Shown here one piece after another: positions 62,130 to 64,000 of a stretch of 64,000 bases of DNA (the first letter of the stretch is position 1; each line of letters begins with the position of its first letter). Where the stretch lies: the NCBI RefSeq assembly GCF_036321535.1, contig NC_087447.1, forward strand, positions 51,276,001 through 51,340,000. The letters run 5' to 3'. The translations under genes and the position numbers were made by a program. Below the pieces are notes generated by a model. It searched no databases, was not told the origin of the DNA, and was given only the letters and a program-made list of their open reading frames with translations. This DNA comes from Camelus dromedarius. Lineage: Eukaryota.

Positions 62130-64000
62130 TATTTTTAATAAACTCTTTACTTAAAATATAGATTTTAAAAAACAAAAAAAATAGATTTATGGAAAAATTA
62201 CAAATATAGTACAGAGCATTCCTATATACTCCAAACCCAGTTTTCTCTATTATTAACATCTTACACTAGTATGGAACATTTGTCATAACTAATGAACCAA
62301 TATTAATGTTAGTATTAGCTAAAGTCTGTATTTTATTCATATTTCCTTAATTTGTACCTAACATCCTTTAGCTGTTCCAAGATCCCTTCCAAGCTACTAC
62401 ATTACATTTGGTCATCATATGTCCTAAGACTCCTCTTGGCTATGACAGTTTCTCAGACTCCCCTTATTTTTTATGACCTTGACAGTTTTGAGGAGTATAC
62501 TAGTCAGGCATTTTGTAGAATGTCCTTCAGTTGGGATCTGTGTTGTTTTCCCCATGATTAGATTGGGGTTATATATTTTGGGAAAGAAAATCACAGAAGT
62601 AAAGTGCCATTCTTATTACATCACCTCAAGGGTACATACTATCAACATAACATCACTTGATCATCTGGCTAAGGTAGTGATTGTCAGGGTTCTCCACTGC
62701 AAATTTACTCTTACCTGTCCTCCCCCTCTCCTTGTCTGCCAAACTATTGTTTGAAAGGAACTCAACATGCACAACCAGCACTTAACAAGTAAGGAGCTGT
62801 GTCCAAACTCCTTGAAGGCAGAGTATCTACATAAATTGTCTGCAATTCTTCTACACTGGAGAATTTTATATACTCCCCCATTTGTTTACTTATTCAATTA
62901 TTTGTGTGTATTATAATGGCTTTATGGAAATTTAATTTATACTTTGAGTTATAATCCAGTACTACTTTATTTTATTGCTTCAATGGTCTAACTTTGGCCA
63001 GCTCTTTCAGTTGGCTACTGTGTCCCTTTGACATAACTCCATTTTTTGTCTTTCAGGACTCTCTTACTTCCTGGCACTATAAAATGCTGCAGGCTCACCT
63101 TGTACATTTCCTGCCCCAGTCCTTGAATCAGCCATTTCTTCAAGTAGTCCTGGTTCCTTTTATTGGAGTACAGTGTTAGAAACCAAGATCTGGGCACTAG
63201 GTGCACTCATTGCTTTTGGGCTAATCTACCTTCCTGACTGACAGAGTAAGGAAATATATGTGTGTATACCAACCCACATACATACACATATCTACAAGTA
63301 TTTCTGTATGTAACTATCTATGTATTAAGCTACACATGAGTTCATACTGATATCTCCAACTCTAGTTCATTACCACATGGATCTTTCTACCCTCCTCCCC
63401 TTGATTATCTGTAAACTACTACTCTAGCAATGAGAAACCTGACTCCCACAATCTGCCCTTCATTTACTTAATTGTTCAATTCCAGTATATACAGAGAGAG
63501 AATTCAAAATTGTTACTGCATATCCCATGGGTACACAACTTTTTCAACTAGAGTACAGTGTGATGTAGAATTTCTTTTGCATTTAATTTCACAGACTCCA
63601 CTCATTTCCAAAGTTACTTAGAACAGTACCTTTTCTCCCATCCCCTTCAGTGAGGTTGTTTTATACATTTATAATATAGTTAAATTATTTTGTCCCATTC
63701 TTTATTTCATCTTGGAACCCTTTGATCCCCTAAATTATTTTTAAATTTTGCATATTAAGGTTCCATGGGTTTTGACAAATGCATAGTATTATATATCCAT
63801 CATTACAGTATTATATCAAATGGTTTCATCACTGTAAAATATCCTCTGTGCTTTATTTTTCAACTCTCTTCCCCCACTGAATCCCTACTGATCCCTACTA
63901 ATCTATTTTCTGTCTCTCTAGTTTTGCCTTTTCTAGAATGTCCTACAAAAAGAATCATATAGTTTATAGCCTTTCAGGCTTTATTCTTTCATTTAGCAAT
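62130..64000 (-). mobile_element. L1MC/L1MD-type 3' region running off the window
   Basis: ATAGTACAGAG..CTATTATTAACATCTTACACTAG..AATGAACCAATATT; GAAACCAAGATCTGGGCACTAGGTG; GGGTTTTGACAAATGCATA. Confidence 0.8.

Noticed and set aside
1..64000. CRISPR array, operon or other prokaryotic-type system
   Set aside because: The sequence is clearly mammalian; short direct repeats are two-copy duplications or TSDs with no repeat-spacer periodicity.

Overview
AT-rich, CpG-poor mammalian genomic DNA. It is most likely camelid (alpaca/llama/camel): four short tRNA-Ala-derived SINEs match the vic-1 type, and I see no Alu, Bov-tA, PRE-1 or Can-SINEs. More than half of the window is interspersed repeat: L1 of several ages, L2, MIR, CR1/L3, MaLR/ERVL/ERV1 LTRs, and hAT and Tigger DNA transposons, often nested. 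I recognise no host protein-coding exon, RNA gene, CpG island or prokaryote-type system. The only protein-like ORFs are L1 ORF1/ORF2 remnants, so the region looks intergenic or deep intronic, possibly with lncRNA exons. The most notable observations are: (1) a 100-bp perfectly identical tract shared by two otherwise ~15-25% diverged L1 copies, suggesting ectopic gene conversion; (2) a ~300-bp TSD-flanked insert made of an L1 5' head fused to an L1 3' tail; (3) a tailless sense-antisense-sense L1 5'UTR/ORF1 insert with a ~29-bp flanking duplication; (4) a young 5'-truncated L1 with a perfect TSD; and (5) several candidate non-coding exons. Repeat subfamily names come from remembered consensus sequences, not from a search, and boundaries of old repeats are approximate.
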